64,000 bases of DNA, taken from the NCBI GenBank assembly GCA_046566045.1, contig JBKHXL010000003.1, positions 19,740 to 83,739 on the forward strand, in the 5' to 3' direction. Numbering within the stretch: position 1 is the stretch's first letter; each line of letters starts with the position of its first letter. Origin of the DNA: Candidatus Limnocylindria bacterium (lineage in GTDB: Bacteria > Chloroflexota > Limnocylindria > Limnocylindrales > CSP1-4). A model generated the notes under the pieces. That model worked only from the letters and a program-made list of their open reading frames with translations. It searched no databases and was not told where the DNA came from. The position numbers were made by a program, and so were the translations under genes. This document shows, in pieces, positions 46,273 to 55,631 of this stretch.

Positions 46273-48491
46273 CCATCGAGTGGCGGTCGGACGACCGCCA
46301 GTTCCATCTCCGGAGCGATGGCATCAGCCTCGTCCTGCGCGTGTACGAGGACGGGAGCCTGGGCCAGCTCCACGTCGGTGCGCCGTTGCCCCTGGGTCGG
46401 CCGTATCGCCATCTCGGCCCGGCGACGTTCCCCGGCTGGGACGAGCGCGTCGGTGACGCCATCCCGCTGGCCATGCCGACCGCCGGGCGGGGCGACTTTC
46501 GCGGCCCGGCGCTCGTCGTGGTGGGGCCGGATGGATCGGGGGCGGTGGACCTGCGCTACCAGGGCCACCGGATCGATCCGGGCAAGCCGGCACTCGATGG
46601 CCTGCCGTCGACGTACGTGGAGACCGACGACGAGGCGGAGACCCTGACCGTCACCCTGGCCGATCCCCACACCGGCCTGGAGGTGGACCTGCGCCTGACC
46701 GTCTTCGCCGGGCGGCCGGTCTTCGCCCGCAGTGCGACCATCCGGGCGACCGACGAGGCCCTCCTGGTGCGGACGGCCATGAGCCTGGCCCTGGACCTGC
46801 CCGACGACGACTGGATCCTTGTCACCCTGAGTGGGGCGTGGGCCCGCGAGACGTCCGTGCATGAGCGGCCGCTGGTGCCGGGCAGGACGGGCGTCCACAG
46901 CCGGCGAGGCGCGTCGGGCGCCGAGCACAATCCCGCGCTCATCCTCCGGCGCCCCACGACCGACGAGGCGTCAGGGGAGGCCCTCGGCGCCAGCCTGATC
47001 CACTCCGGGGACTTCCTCGCCGACGTCGAGGTCGACCCGTTCGGGACCGTGCGGGTCCGGCTCGGGATCGATCCGGACACCTTCGCCTGGCGTCTTGCGG
47101 CCGGCGCCTCGTTCACCACGCCGGAGGCCGTCGTGGCCTGGACCGAGGGGGGCCTGGGCGCCCTGAGCCACGCCTTCCACGACCTGTACGGGCGACGGCT
47201 GGCGAGGGGGCCCTGGCGGGATCGGCCGCGTCCGGTGGTCCTCAACAACTGGGAGGGCACCTACTTCGACTTCGACGCCGACCGGCTCGTGGAGATGGCC
47301 CGCGCCGGCCGCGACGTGGGCATCGAGCTGTTCGTCCTGGACGATGGCTGGTTCGGCCGGCGCGACGCCGACGATCGCTCGCTGGGCGACTGGGTCGTCG
47401 ACCGACGCAAGCTGCCCGATGGGATCGACGGGCTGGCGGCCCGGATCACCGGGCTGGGCATGGCCTTCGGTCTGTGGTTCGAGCCCGAGATGGTCAGCCC
47501 GGACAGCGACCTCTACCGCGCGCATCCGGACTGGACGATCGGCATCCCCGGCCGGTCGCAGACCACCAGCCGGCACCAGCTGGTCCTGGACCTCGGACGG
47601 GCGGACGTGGTCGATCACCTCGAGGCGGCCCTGACCGACGTCCTCGCCAGCGCGCCGATCTCGTACGTGAAATGGGACATGAACCGGAGCATCACGGAGG
47701 CCTACGGACGGACGCTCCCACCGGAGCGCCAGGGCGAGGCGCGACACCGGCACATCCTGGGCGTGTACGACCTGTATCGACGGTTGACCACGCGCTTCCC
47801 CGACGTCCTGTTCGAGAGCTGCGCCAGCGGCGGGGGACGGTTCGATCCCGGCATGCTTGCCTGGGCGCCGCAGGCCTGGACGAGCGACGACACCGACGCG
47901 ATCGAGCGCCTGGCCATCCAGTGGGGCACCTCGATGCTCTATCCGCCGAGTTCCATGGCGGCCCACGTGTCGGCCGTCCCGAATCACCAGACCGGCCGCA
48001 TCACCCCGATCGACACGCGGGCGATCGTGGCCATGTTCGGGGCGTTCGGCTATGAGCTCGACCCGACCCGCATGACCGCTGCCGAGCGCGACCGGATGCG
48101 CGAGCAGATCGCGCTCTACCGGCGCTACCGAACGACGCTCCAGTACGGCCGGTTCCACCGGTTGGAGAGCCCGTTCCGGCCCGGGGCCCGCCAGGTCGCC
48201 TGGATGTCGGTCGCGGCCGACCGCTCGGTGGCGCTGGTCGCCGTCGTCGCCGGCCTGAACCGACCGACGCCGGAGCACCACCGGGTGCGCGTTCGGGGGC
48301 TGGATCCGGATCGCGTGTACACCGCGCGCACCTGGCCGGAGCTCGTCGACGACCCGCTCGCGCCCTCCCTCCAGGTGGCGCGCACGGGGGCGGACCTGCT
48401 GGCGACCGGACTGATCCTGGACCGCGATCGCACGGACGCCGCCGGCCTCGGCGACTTCTGGTCGCGCCTGGTCATCCTCGAGGCGACGTGA
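46269..48491 (+). CDS. alpha-galactosidase, GH36
   Basis: NNWEGTYFDFD, FVLDDGWF, YVKWDMNR and CASGGGRFD motifs. Confidence 0.9.
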   Translation: MTIEWRSDDRQFHLRSDGISLVLRVYEDGSLGQLHVGAPLPLGRPYRHLGPATFPGWDERVGDAIPLAMPTAGRGDFRGPALVVVGPDGSGAVDLRYQGHRIDPGKPALDGLPSTYVETDDEAETLTVTLADPHTGLEVDLRLTVFAGRPVFARSATIRATDEALLVRTAMSLALDLPDDDWILVTLSGAWARETSVHERPLVPGRTGVHSRRGASGAEHNPALILRRPTTDEASGEALGASLIHSGDFLADVEVDPFGTVRVRLGIDPDTFAWRLAAGASFTTPEAVVAWTEGGLGALSHAFHDLYGRRLARGPWRDRPRPVVLNNWEGTYFDFDADRLVEMARAGRDVGIELFVLDDGWFGRRDADDRSLGDWVVDRRKLPDGIDGLAARITGLGMAFGLWFEPEMVSPDSDLYRAHPDWTIGIPGRSQTTSRHQLVLDLGRADVVDHLEAALTDVLASAPISYVKWDMNRSITEAYGRTLPPERQGEARHRHILGVYDLYRRLTTRFPDVLFESCASGGGRFDPGMLAWAPQAWTSDDTDAIERLAIQWGTSMLYPPSSMAAHVSAVPNHQTGRITPIDTRAIVAMFGAFGYELDPTRMTAAERDRMREQIALYRRYRTTLQYGRFHRLESPFRPGARQVAWMSVAADRSVALVAVVAGLNRPTPEHHRVRVRGLDPDRVYTARTWPELVDDPLAPSLQVARTGADLLATGLILDRDRTDAAGLGDFWSRLVILEAT

Positions 48492-50376
48492 CCGGTGTCG
48501 GTCGATCGCCCGGATCGATCCCGTCGACCGTCAGCGCCGCGTGATCGAGGGTGACGACACGTTCGCCGCGGACGTACCGCTCGACGCCGGACCGGGGAGG
48601 CATGACCGGGAGCCCGCGACCCGCCAGGACCGGTTCGAGGATGGCGGTCCACGCCTCGACCGAGCTGCAGCCGACGTAGGCGAGCCGACCGCGCCGGACG
48701 GCGGCCGGTGATCCGGCCAGGTACGTCGGCCCGCCGTACGTGGCGAGGACCTCCGTCTCCGGATCGTCGGCGTCGTCGACCTGCAGGACGTCGGTCCATG
48801 GCCCGGCGATCGCGCCGCCCGGCTCCACGGTCACGGGCAGGGTCTGGCTCAGGCCCTCGACCACGCGCGCCCCGAGCACCCTCGCCAGGCCGCCGGGCAG
48901 GGGCTCCTCCAGCCAGCAGTCGTCGAGGTCCTTGACCAGCGAGCGGGGACCCAGGATGACCAGCGAACCCGCGTCCATCGCCTCACGCAGCCGCGCGATC
49001 CGCTGCGTCGACATCAGGTGCAGGGCGGGGGCCAGGATCGTGTCGTAGTCGGTCAGGTCGTCGCGCGGGCCGACGATGTCGGCATCCAGGCCGAGGCGAT
49101 GGATCGCCGCGTGGACGGGCTGGACGAGGGCGCGATGGGTCAGGCCGGCCTGGTGCGGGTCGATCTCGATGGCCCACGCATCCTCGTACGCGTGGAGGAT
49201 CGCGACCCGCGCACGCGGGCGGCGCAGCAGCTCGGGCGCGGCCGCGGCCACCGCGCGCAGTTCGCGGGCCAGCCACGTGGCCTCCTCGAGTCCCCGGTCA
49301 GCCGATCCGTCGTGGCGCAGCAGGCCGCTGTGGTACTGCTCCTGCCCAGAGCGGGTCGGTCGCCACGAGAAGTACAGCGAGGCATCGATGCCGTGCAGCG
49401 CCGCCTGCCATCCCCACAGCCGGACCTGCCCCGGCGGGACCGGCGGGTTGCGGGCCGTCCAGTTGATCGGGCCGGGTTGCTGCTCCATCACCCAGGCCCG
49501 CCCCGCCGGACCGGCCGACCCGCGCGCCAGGTCGAGCAGGAAGGCGTACGCCTCGGGGCCCTCGACGCCGTGCGGGTAGGCGTCGATCGCGGCGATGCCA
49601 CCGGCAGCATGGACGTCGCGAGCGTCGACGAACGTATCGTCCCAGTACAGGTTGACCAGGATGTCGCGACCGGGCGAGCCGGGCGCGACGATGGAGCGCT
49701 GCTCCTGGAGGCCGGCCACGACCTGGTGGCTGGCGAAGCGACGGTGCGCCAGGAGCAGGCTGGGCGACTGGACGGTCGACGACCGACGGGGGAGCTCGAC
49801 CTCGTCCCATGACCCGTACTGGCCGGACCAGAAGGCCGTGCCCCAGGCCTCGTTGAGCGACGCCAGCGAGCCGTACCGCGCGGCCACCCAGGTCCGGAAG
49901 GCGAGCTCGCAGGCGTCGCACCAGCAGCGTGCCGAGTCGTGGTTGCCCGGCTCGTTGTCGAGCTGCCAGGCGACGATGGCCTGGTGATGCCCGAAGCGCT
50001 CGACGAGGGCGGTCACGATCCCGCGGGCCGCCGCCCGGTACACGGGCGACGTCGGACAGGTCGCCCGCCGACTCCCGGCCGCGCGCCGGGTCCCGTCGCT
50101 CTCCACCAGCTGGATCTCCGGGCGCGCCCGGACGAGCCAGCGCGGCGGGACGGCCGTCGGCGTACCGAGGACGACACGGAGGCCCGCCGCGCCGGCGGCG
50201 TCGACGGCGCGCGCGAGCCAGTCGGTGTCGACGGCCCCGGGACGACGCTCCAGCGCGCCCCACGCGAACTCGCCCAGGCGGACCAGCTCCAGCCCGGCAT
50301 CGACCATCCGCCGCGTGTCGTCCGCCCAGCGCGTCTCGGGGTGTTGCTCCGGGTACCAGCACACGCCGAGTCTCAC
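48472..50376 (-). CDS. beta-galactosidase, GH42
   Basis: GVCWYPEQ, FAWG.LE, WQLDNEPG and a trimerisation/C-terminal domain. GTG at 50376 with GGAGG upstream. Confidence 0.9.
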   Translation of the reverse strand: MRLGVCWYPEQHPETRWADDTRRMVDAGLELVRLGEFAWGALERRPGAVDTDWLARAVDAAGAAGLRVVLGTPTAVPPRWLVRARPEIQLVESDGTRRAAGSRRATCPTSPVYRAAARGIVTALVERFGHHQAIVAWQLDNEPGNHDSARCWCDACELAFRTWVAARYGSLASLNEAWGTAFWSGQYGSWDEVELPRRSSTVQSPSLLLAHRRFASHQVVAGLQEQRSIVAPGSPGRDILVNLYWDDTFVDARDVHAAGGIAAIDAYPHGVEGPEAYAFLLDLARGSAGPAGRAWVMEQQPGPINWTARNPPVPPGQVRLWGWQAALHGIDASLYFSWRPTRSGQEQYHSGLLRHDGSADRGLEEATWLARELRAVAAAAPELLRRPRARVAILHAYEDAWAIEIDPHQAGLTHRALVQPVHAAIHRLGLDADIVGPRDDLTDYDTILAPALHLMSTQRIARLREAMDAGSLVILGPRSLVKDLDDCWLEEPLPGGLARVLGARVVEGLSQTLPVTVEPGGAIAGPWTDVLQVDDADDPETEVLATYGGPTYLAGSPAAVRRGRLAYVGCSSVEAWTAILEPVLAGRGLPVMPPRSGVERYVRGERVVTLDHAALTVDGIDPGDRPTPVTSPRG

Positions 50377-50435
50377 GGCTCCGCCTCCAACGACATCACG
50401 ACCGCTTTCGTGCCAGCTGTCGAATTCCTCTGATT

Positions 50436-50503
50436 GGTTTCGGTATTGACAGTAACCGAAACGTAACGGAAACTCCACCCTCGTGAACGCTATCGAAACC
50501 GAA
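50436..50503. promoter_or_regulatory. candidate DeoR operator and promoter
   Basis: GTTTCGGT (50437-50444) and ACCGAAAC (50455-50462) form an inverted repeat around TTGACA (50446-50451). A third copy, CGAAACCG, lies at about 50495. GAAACT lies 17 nt after TTGACA and 8 nt before the GTG at 50483. Confidence 0.45.
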
Positions 50504-51289
50504 GGTGCCGTCCCTGCCGACATCCGACGCCTCCGGATGCTGGACGTCGTGCGCGAGCGGGACTACGTCAAGGTAGCGGACCTGGCGGACCAGTTCTCCA
50601 TCTCGGAGGTGACCGTCCGCAGCGACCTCGAGGCGCTCGCCACGCGAGGCCTGATCCGGCGCATCCGCGGCGGCGCGATCGCCACCGATGTGCCCCGGCG
50701 CGAGCGCGCGTTCGAGGAGTCCGAGGCGGAGTTCGCCGCCGAGAAGATCGCCATCGGTCGGGCGGCGGCAGCCCTCGTGCGCAGCGGCGACACGGTGATC
50801 CTGGACGTGGGCACCACGACGGCGGCGGTCGGCCGGGCGATGGCCGCCGATGTCGAGCTCCGGGATGTCGTCGTGTTCACCAACAGCCTGCGCATCGCGG
50901 TCCAGCTGGAGCCCGTCATCCCGCGCTTCACGGTGGTCGTGACGGGCGGCACCCTGCGCCCGTTGCAGCACTCCCTCGTCGACCCGCTGGGCGACGGCGT
51001 GCTCGACCGGATCCGCGCCGACATGGTCTTCGTCGGATGCAACGGCGTCGACCCGGTCGCCGGGATCACCAACATCAACCTGCCCGAGGCCGAGATGAAG
51101 CGGCGCATGATGGCATCCGCCCGCCGGCGGATCGTCGTGGCCGATGGCTCCAAGGTGGGCAGGGTCGAGCTCGCTCGGCTGTGCGCCGTCTCCGAGGTGG
51201 ACCTCCTGATGACGGGTAGCTCCGCCGACGAGGCCGTCCTGGCGGACCTGACCGACCGTGGCATGCGCGTCGAGGTCGTCGACGCATGA
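50483..51289 (+). CDS. DeoR family transcriptional regulator
   Basis: HTH DYVKVADLADQFSISEVTVRSDLEAL plus a DeoR C-terminal sugar-phosphate sensor domain. Confidence 0.9.
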   Translation: MNAIETEGAVPADIRRLRMLDVVRERDYVKVADLADQFSISEVTVRSDLEALATRGLIRRIRGGAIATDVPRRERAFEESEAEFAAEKIAIGRAAAALVRSGDTVILDVGTTTAAVGRAMAADVELRDVVVFTNSLRIAVQLEPVIPRFTVVVTGGTLRPLQHSLVDPLGDGVLDRIRADMVFVGCNGVDPVAGITNINLPEAEMKRRMMASARRRIVVADGSKVGRVELARLCAVSEVDLLMTGSSADEAVLADLTDRGMRVEVVDA

Positions 51290-52425
51290 CGTCGTCGCCG
51301 GCGGTCGTCCCGCGCCACGACCTGTGCCGGGCCGATGGGCGACCCCTGTACATCTACGGGGCCTTGCGTGGCGACCTGGCGGGCGATCCCCTCCAGCCGT
51401 CGCCGCTGCCGGCGCTGCAGCAACGCTATGACGCGCTCTCGGACACGTGGATCGCGATCTCGCCGGCTCGCAACCAGCGACCCAATTCGGCGCTCGAGGC
51501 GCGCAAGCGGCGGGCCGTCGCGTGTCCGCTGTGCCCCGGTGGGCCGGAGGTCCCGTTCAGCTACGAGGCCGCCGTCTTCGAGAACCGCTGGCCATCGTTC
51601 GTCGCCTCGCCGCCGCCGGTGGAGGACGGTCCGCGCTATGCGCCATCGCTCGGTCGCTGTGAGGTCGTGCTCTACACGGACGCCCACGTCGGCTCGCTGG
51701 CGACCCTGGACGGGGCGGCCCTGGCCCGGGTCATCGCCATCTGGCGAGATCGGTCGGCGGCCCTCTGGGCGGTCCCCGGCCACGCCTTCGTCATGGTCTT
51801 CGAGAATCGCGGTGAAGCCGTGGGGGCGACCATCTCGCACCCCCACGGGCAGATCTACGCCTTCGATCGACTGCCACCGTTCGTCGCCGCGCGAGCCGCC
51901 GTCCTGGGGCGGCACCGCGCCAGCGCCGACACCTGCCTGACCTGCCAGGTCATCGCCGCGGACGACGCGGCCCCCGAGCGGACGATCGCCGCCGGTCAGG
52001 CATTCATGGTCGCCGTCCCGTTCGCCGCACGCTGGCCCTTCGAGGTCCGGATCCGGGCTCGACGGCACGGCTTGCGGCGACTGGCGGACCTCGAGCCGGC
52101 CGAACAGGTCGAGCTCGCGTCGCTGTTGAGGGAGGTGGTACTGCGGTACGACGGACTCTTCGGGTTCGAGTTGCCGTACATGATGGTCGTGCACGAAGGA
52201 CCCGCGGATGTGCCGGACTGGCACCTGTCCGTGGAGTTCCTGCCACCCCATCGATCCGCCGAGCTCACCAAGATCCGGGCGAGTGTCGAGACGGCCGCAG
52301 GGCTGTTCATCAACGACACCCTGCCCGAACGATCAGCGGCTCGATTGGCCGCGGTCGAGGTGCACCGTTCGCCCGAGCAGGCGGGGCCCTCGATCGTCGT
52401 CCCGTCGAGCGTCACCGCCCGCTGA
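51286..52425 (+). CDS. galT: galactose-1-phosphate uridylyltransferase
   Basis: CPLCPGG zinc motif and the HPHGQIYA active-site His-x-His. Confidence 0.9.
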   Translation: MTSSPAVVPRHDLCRADGRPLYIYGALRGDLAGDPLQPSPLPALQQRYDALSDTWIAISPARNQRPNSALEARKRRAVACPLCPGGPEVPFSYEAAVFENRWPSFVASPPPVEDGPRYAPSLGRCEVVLYTDAHVGSLATLDGAALARVIAIWRDRSAALWAVPGHAFVMVFENRGEAVGATISHPHGQIYAFDRLPPFVAARAAVLGRHRASADTCLTCQVIAADDAAPERTIAAGQAFMVAVPFAARWPFEVRIRARRHGLRRLADLEPAEQVELASLLREVVLRYDGLFGFELPYMMVVHEGPADVPDWHLSVEFLPPHRSAELTKIRASVETAAGLFINDTLPERSAARLAAVEVHRSPEQAGPSIVVPSSVTAR

Positions 52426-52449
52426 AGTCGGGCAGAGGAGGAGAACATC

Positions 52450-53820
52450 GTGGACAAGCGATTGCGCTGGCTCGCGCTGGCGTCCGCGACGACCATCCTG
52501 GTCGCCGCATGTACGGGTGGGGGCGCCACGGATGCGCCCGCGAGCGATGCCCCGGCCACCGATCCGCCGTCGGCGGCTCCGGCGACGGATACACCGCCTG
52601 ACGAGACCGTCACCATCACCTTCCGGACCCGTCCGGACAACGACGCCGAGGCCGAGGTCTACAAGGAGGTCGCGGCCAAGGTCTCCGAGATGCTCGGCGA
52701 CGTCGTCGTCGAGTACCAGAAGGGCGGCACGGAGACCGCCGGTTACCAGGACACCATCAAGACCGAGGCCGCCGCGGGCACCGCCCCGGACGTCTTCTGG
52801 ATCCCGGGCACGGACACCGCCGAGTTCGCGACCAAGGGTATCACCCTCGACCTTCGTCAGTACGCCGCCGCCGACAGCACGTACTCGGACGCGGACTTCT
52901 ACGAGGGTCCGATGTACCACCTGACGTTCGACCCGGCCACCGGCCAGCCCGGCGGTCCCCTGTGGGGCCTGCCCCGCGACGTGTCGACGTTCGCCCTGTA
53001 CCTGAACACCGACCTCATCGCCGAGGCCGGTGCCGAGGATCCACGTGAACTGGCCAGGAACGGCCAGTGGACGTGGGCCAAGTTCGAGGAGGTCGGGGCC
53101 AAGATCGCGGCCCTCGGCGATGGCGTCGCCGGCTATGGAGCGAGCTCCTGGTGGGGCCCCTACGGCGTCTGGCTCAATGGCGCCGGCGGCGGCTTCTTCA
53201 ACGAGGATCGCACCGCCTGCGCCCTCGATACCCCGGAGTCGATCGCTGGGCTGACCCAGCTCAAGAAGATCTACGACATGGAGGGCTTCGCCCTCAAGTA
53301 CGGCGAGGACCCTGAGCCCGTCTTCCTCGCCGGCAAGATCGGCATGTTCCAGAACGGCCGTTGGGCGACGCCCAACATCCGGACCAATGCCGGCTTCAAC
53401 TGGGATGTGGTCACCCTCCCGGACGGCCCGAAGCCCGGTGGCAACTGGCTGTTCTGGGGCTCCTACGCGGCGAACGCCAAGACGGAGCACCCGGAAGCCG
53501 CGTGGCGGGTCATCCAGGCCCTCACCAGCCCGGAGATCCAGGCCATGGTGTCCGAGCTCGGCGCCAACATCCCCAGCCGTGTCGGGGACCAGGCCAAGTC
53601 CGACTTCCTGGGCTTCACCCCGCCGGCCAACAACCAGGCCTTCCTCGACGGCCTGGCCAACAACAGCGTCGCCGAGGGTCCGCTGTGGGCCGGGAGCTGG
53701 CCGAAGTTCGATACCGTCATGGGGGCCGCTGTCGCGTCCGTCGTGAACGGTGAGACGACGATCGAGCAGTTCCAGGCGACGATCTGCGCCGAAGCCAACG
53801 CCGAGGGCTTCGGCTCGTAG
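52450..53820 (+). CDS. ABC sugar transporter solute-binding lipoprotein
   Basis: Lipobox LVAACTGGG, an Ala/Thr/Asp/Pro linker, then a family-1 SBP fold. GAGGAGGAG RBS. Confidence 0.9.
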   Translation: MDKRLRWLALASATTILVAACTGGGATDAPASDAPATDPPSAAPATDTPPDETVTITFRTRPDNDAEAEVYKEVAAKVSEMLGDVVVEYQKGGTETAGYQDTIKTEAAAGTAPDVFWIPGTDTAEFATKGITLDLRQYAAADSTYSDADFYEGPMYHLTFDPATGQPGGPLWGLPRDVSTFALYLNTDLIAEAGAEDPRELARNGQWTWAKFEEVGAKIAALGDGVAGYGASSWWGPYGVWLNGAGGGFFNEDRTACALDTPESIAGLTQLKKIYDMEGFALKYGEDPEPVFLAGKIGMFQNGRWATPNIRTNAGFNWDVVTLPDGPKPGGNWLFWGSYAANAKTEHPEAAWRVIQALTSPEIQAMVSELGANIPSRVGDQAKSDFLGFTPPANNQAFLDGLANNSVAEGPLWAGSWPKFDTVMGAAVASVVNGETTIEQFQATICAEANAEGFGS

Positions 53821-53826
53821 TCCCGC

Positions 53827-53860
53827 GCTGACGGAGCCGGCCCCAGCCGGCTCCGTCAGC
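53827..53860 (+). terminator. perfect 15-bp stem-loop after the binding-protein gene (intra-operon attenuator/terminator)
   Basis: GCTGACGGAGCCGGC-CCCA-GCCGGCTCCGTCAGC, starting 7 nt after the stop codon. Confidence 0.65.
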
Positions 53861-53915
53861 GATCCCTGCACCTTCCCTGGCCACCCAGGGCGGGATCGCC
53901 GGAGGTCCGACTTCG

Positions 53916-55622
53916 ATGTCCGACTCGCACGCCGACATGGACGGAGATCACGGTCAGCCCATGACATCCGCAGCGCCGGTCCGCCCGGACGCACGCATCG
54001 CCGCATGGCTCGCCGCCCTCGCGCCGGTGCTGCAGGCCGTCCTGACGATCCTTGCGGTGTCCGCCGCGTTCGCCACCGTCGTCGCGGGTCCGGTCGACCT
54101 GCCGTTGCCCCTGTTCCTGTTCATCCTCGCCGCCCCCGTCTCGTTCGCGATCGTCGCCGCGCTGTCGACGCTCGGTACGGCACGGCGGACCTCGCGGGGC
54201 CGGGTGCTGGCCATCGTCACCGGATACCTCGCGTTCCTGGGCGCCTTCCTGTTCCTGCTCCACCTGTCCGGGGTCTATGTCGGGCTGGACGACCTGGCCG
54301 ACACCTTCGGCCTGGGGTTGCCCTGGCTCGGCCTGGCCCTGATCGCCTTCCTTCTGGGCTACGTCGTCGATCTCGTGCGCGACCCGGCCCGCCACCGGAT
54401 CGTCGGGCTGGCGAGGTATGGCCTGGCGGCCGTGGCCGGCGTCGGGTTCCTCGTCGCGGTCGGCGCGCCCCGGGGCGTGCTGGACTTCGCCGGCGGCCTC
54501 CTGGATCCTCCGCGACTGGCCCTCGCCGTGGTGTGCGTCGTGCTGCTCGCCTTCCTGCTCGCCCTGTGGGGCCCGGCCGGCAAGGCTCGCTACGGCGCCG
54601 ATCAGCGTGACGGCGACATGCTCAACGGGATGCTCCTGGTGTCCCCGAACCTGCTCGGGTTCCTGTTCTTCTTCGCCGGCCCGCTGCTGTTCAGCCTGTA
54701 CGTCAGCCTGTCCGAGTGGGACGCGTTCAGCCGGCCGGCCTTCGTCGGGCTGCAGAACTACATCGACATCGTGTCCCTCCAGTTCGTCGTCCTGGACGAC
54801 CCCGCGGTGGCGCTCCCACCGGGTCTGGAGCAGGGCTTCACCGAGGTCATCCGCATCGGGTCCGTCGTGGTCGCCGCCAAGGACAAGCTGTTCTGGATCT
54901 CCCTGCGCAACATCCTCGTGTTCGCCGTCATCGCCATCCCGCTGGCCGTGGCGCCCGCCCTGCTCCTGGCCAGCCTGCTCAATTCGAGGATCCGGGGCGT
55001 CCGGTTCTTCCGGGCGATCTACTTCATCCCGAGTGTCGCGGGCGTCGTCGGCATCGCGATCATCTGGAAGCAGCTGCTCGACGCGAGCATCGGCTGGGTC
55101 AACTACCTGATCACCCTGACCGTCGACTTCCTGAACGGGACGTTCGGGCTGGCCCTGGTGGACCCCAAGATCGGTTGGCTGTCGGACCCGGCGACCGCCC
55201 TGCCCGCCATCGCGATCGTGTTCGCCTGGACGTCGGTCGGGTTCAACTCGGTCCTCTTCCTGGCCGGCCTGCAGGGCATCCCGGCGGATCTCTACGAAGC
55301 CGCCTCGATCGATGGTGCCAACCGCTGGCAGCGCTTCCGGAGCATCACCCTGCCGTCCGTCGCGCCGACCACGTTCTTCGTCGTCGCGACCTCCACCATC
55401 CTCGCCCTGCAGCTGTTCACGGAGCCCTACGTCCTGACCAGTCCGAACCCGGGCGGTCCCAACAACGCCACGCTGACGCCGGTCATGTACCTCTACAACT
55501 CGGGCTTCCGCAACTTCGAGTTCGGGTACGCATCGGCCGTGGCCTGGGTGCTCTTCGCCCTCATCTTCGTCTTCACGCTCGTCCAGTACCGCCGCCAGCG
55601 CGGCGATGCGGTCGGGGAGTAG
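53916..55622 (+). CDS. sugar ABC permease (MalF/UgpA-like) with a ~240-aa N-terminal multi-TM extension
   Basis: The canonical permease starts near MLNGMLLVSPNLLGFLFF and carries the EAA loop YEAASIDGANRWQRFRSITLP. The preceding ~240 aa form about seven hydrophobic helices. Confidence 0.85.
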   Translation: MSDSHADMDGDHGQPMTSAAPVRPDARIAAWLAALAPVLQAVLTILAVSAAFATVVAGPVDLPLPLFLFILAAPVSFAIVAALSTLGTARRTSRGRVLAIVTGYLAFLGAFLFLLHLSGVYVGLDDLADTFGLGLPWLGLALIAFLLGYVVDLVRDPARHRIVGLARYGLAAVAGVGFLVAVGAPRGVLDFAGGLLDPPRLALAVVCVVLLAFLLALWGPAGKARYGADQRDGDMLNGMLLVSPNLLGFLFFFAGPLLFSLYVSLSEWDAFSRPAFVGLQNYIDIVSLQFVVLDDPAVALPPGLEQGFTEVIRIGSVVVAAKDKLFWISLRNILVFAVIAIPLAVAPALLLASLLNSRIRGVRFFRAIYFIPSVAGVVGIAIIWKQLLDASIGWVNYLITLTVDFLNGTFGLALVDPKIGWLSDPATALPAIAIVFAWTSVGFNSVLFLAGLQGIPADLYEAASIDGANRWQRFRSITLPSVAPTTFFVVATSTILALQLFTEPYVLTSPNPGGPNNATLTPVMYLYNSGFRNFEFGYASAVAWVLFALIFVFTLVQYRRQRGDAVGE

Positions 55623-55631
55623 GAGGTCGCC

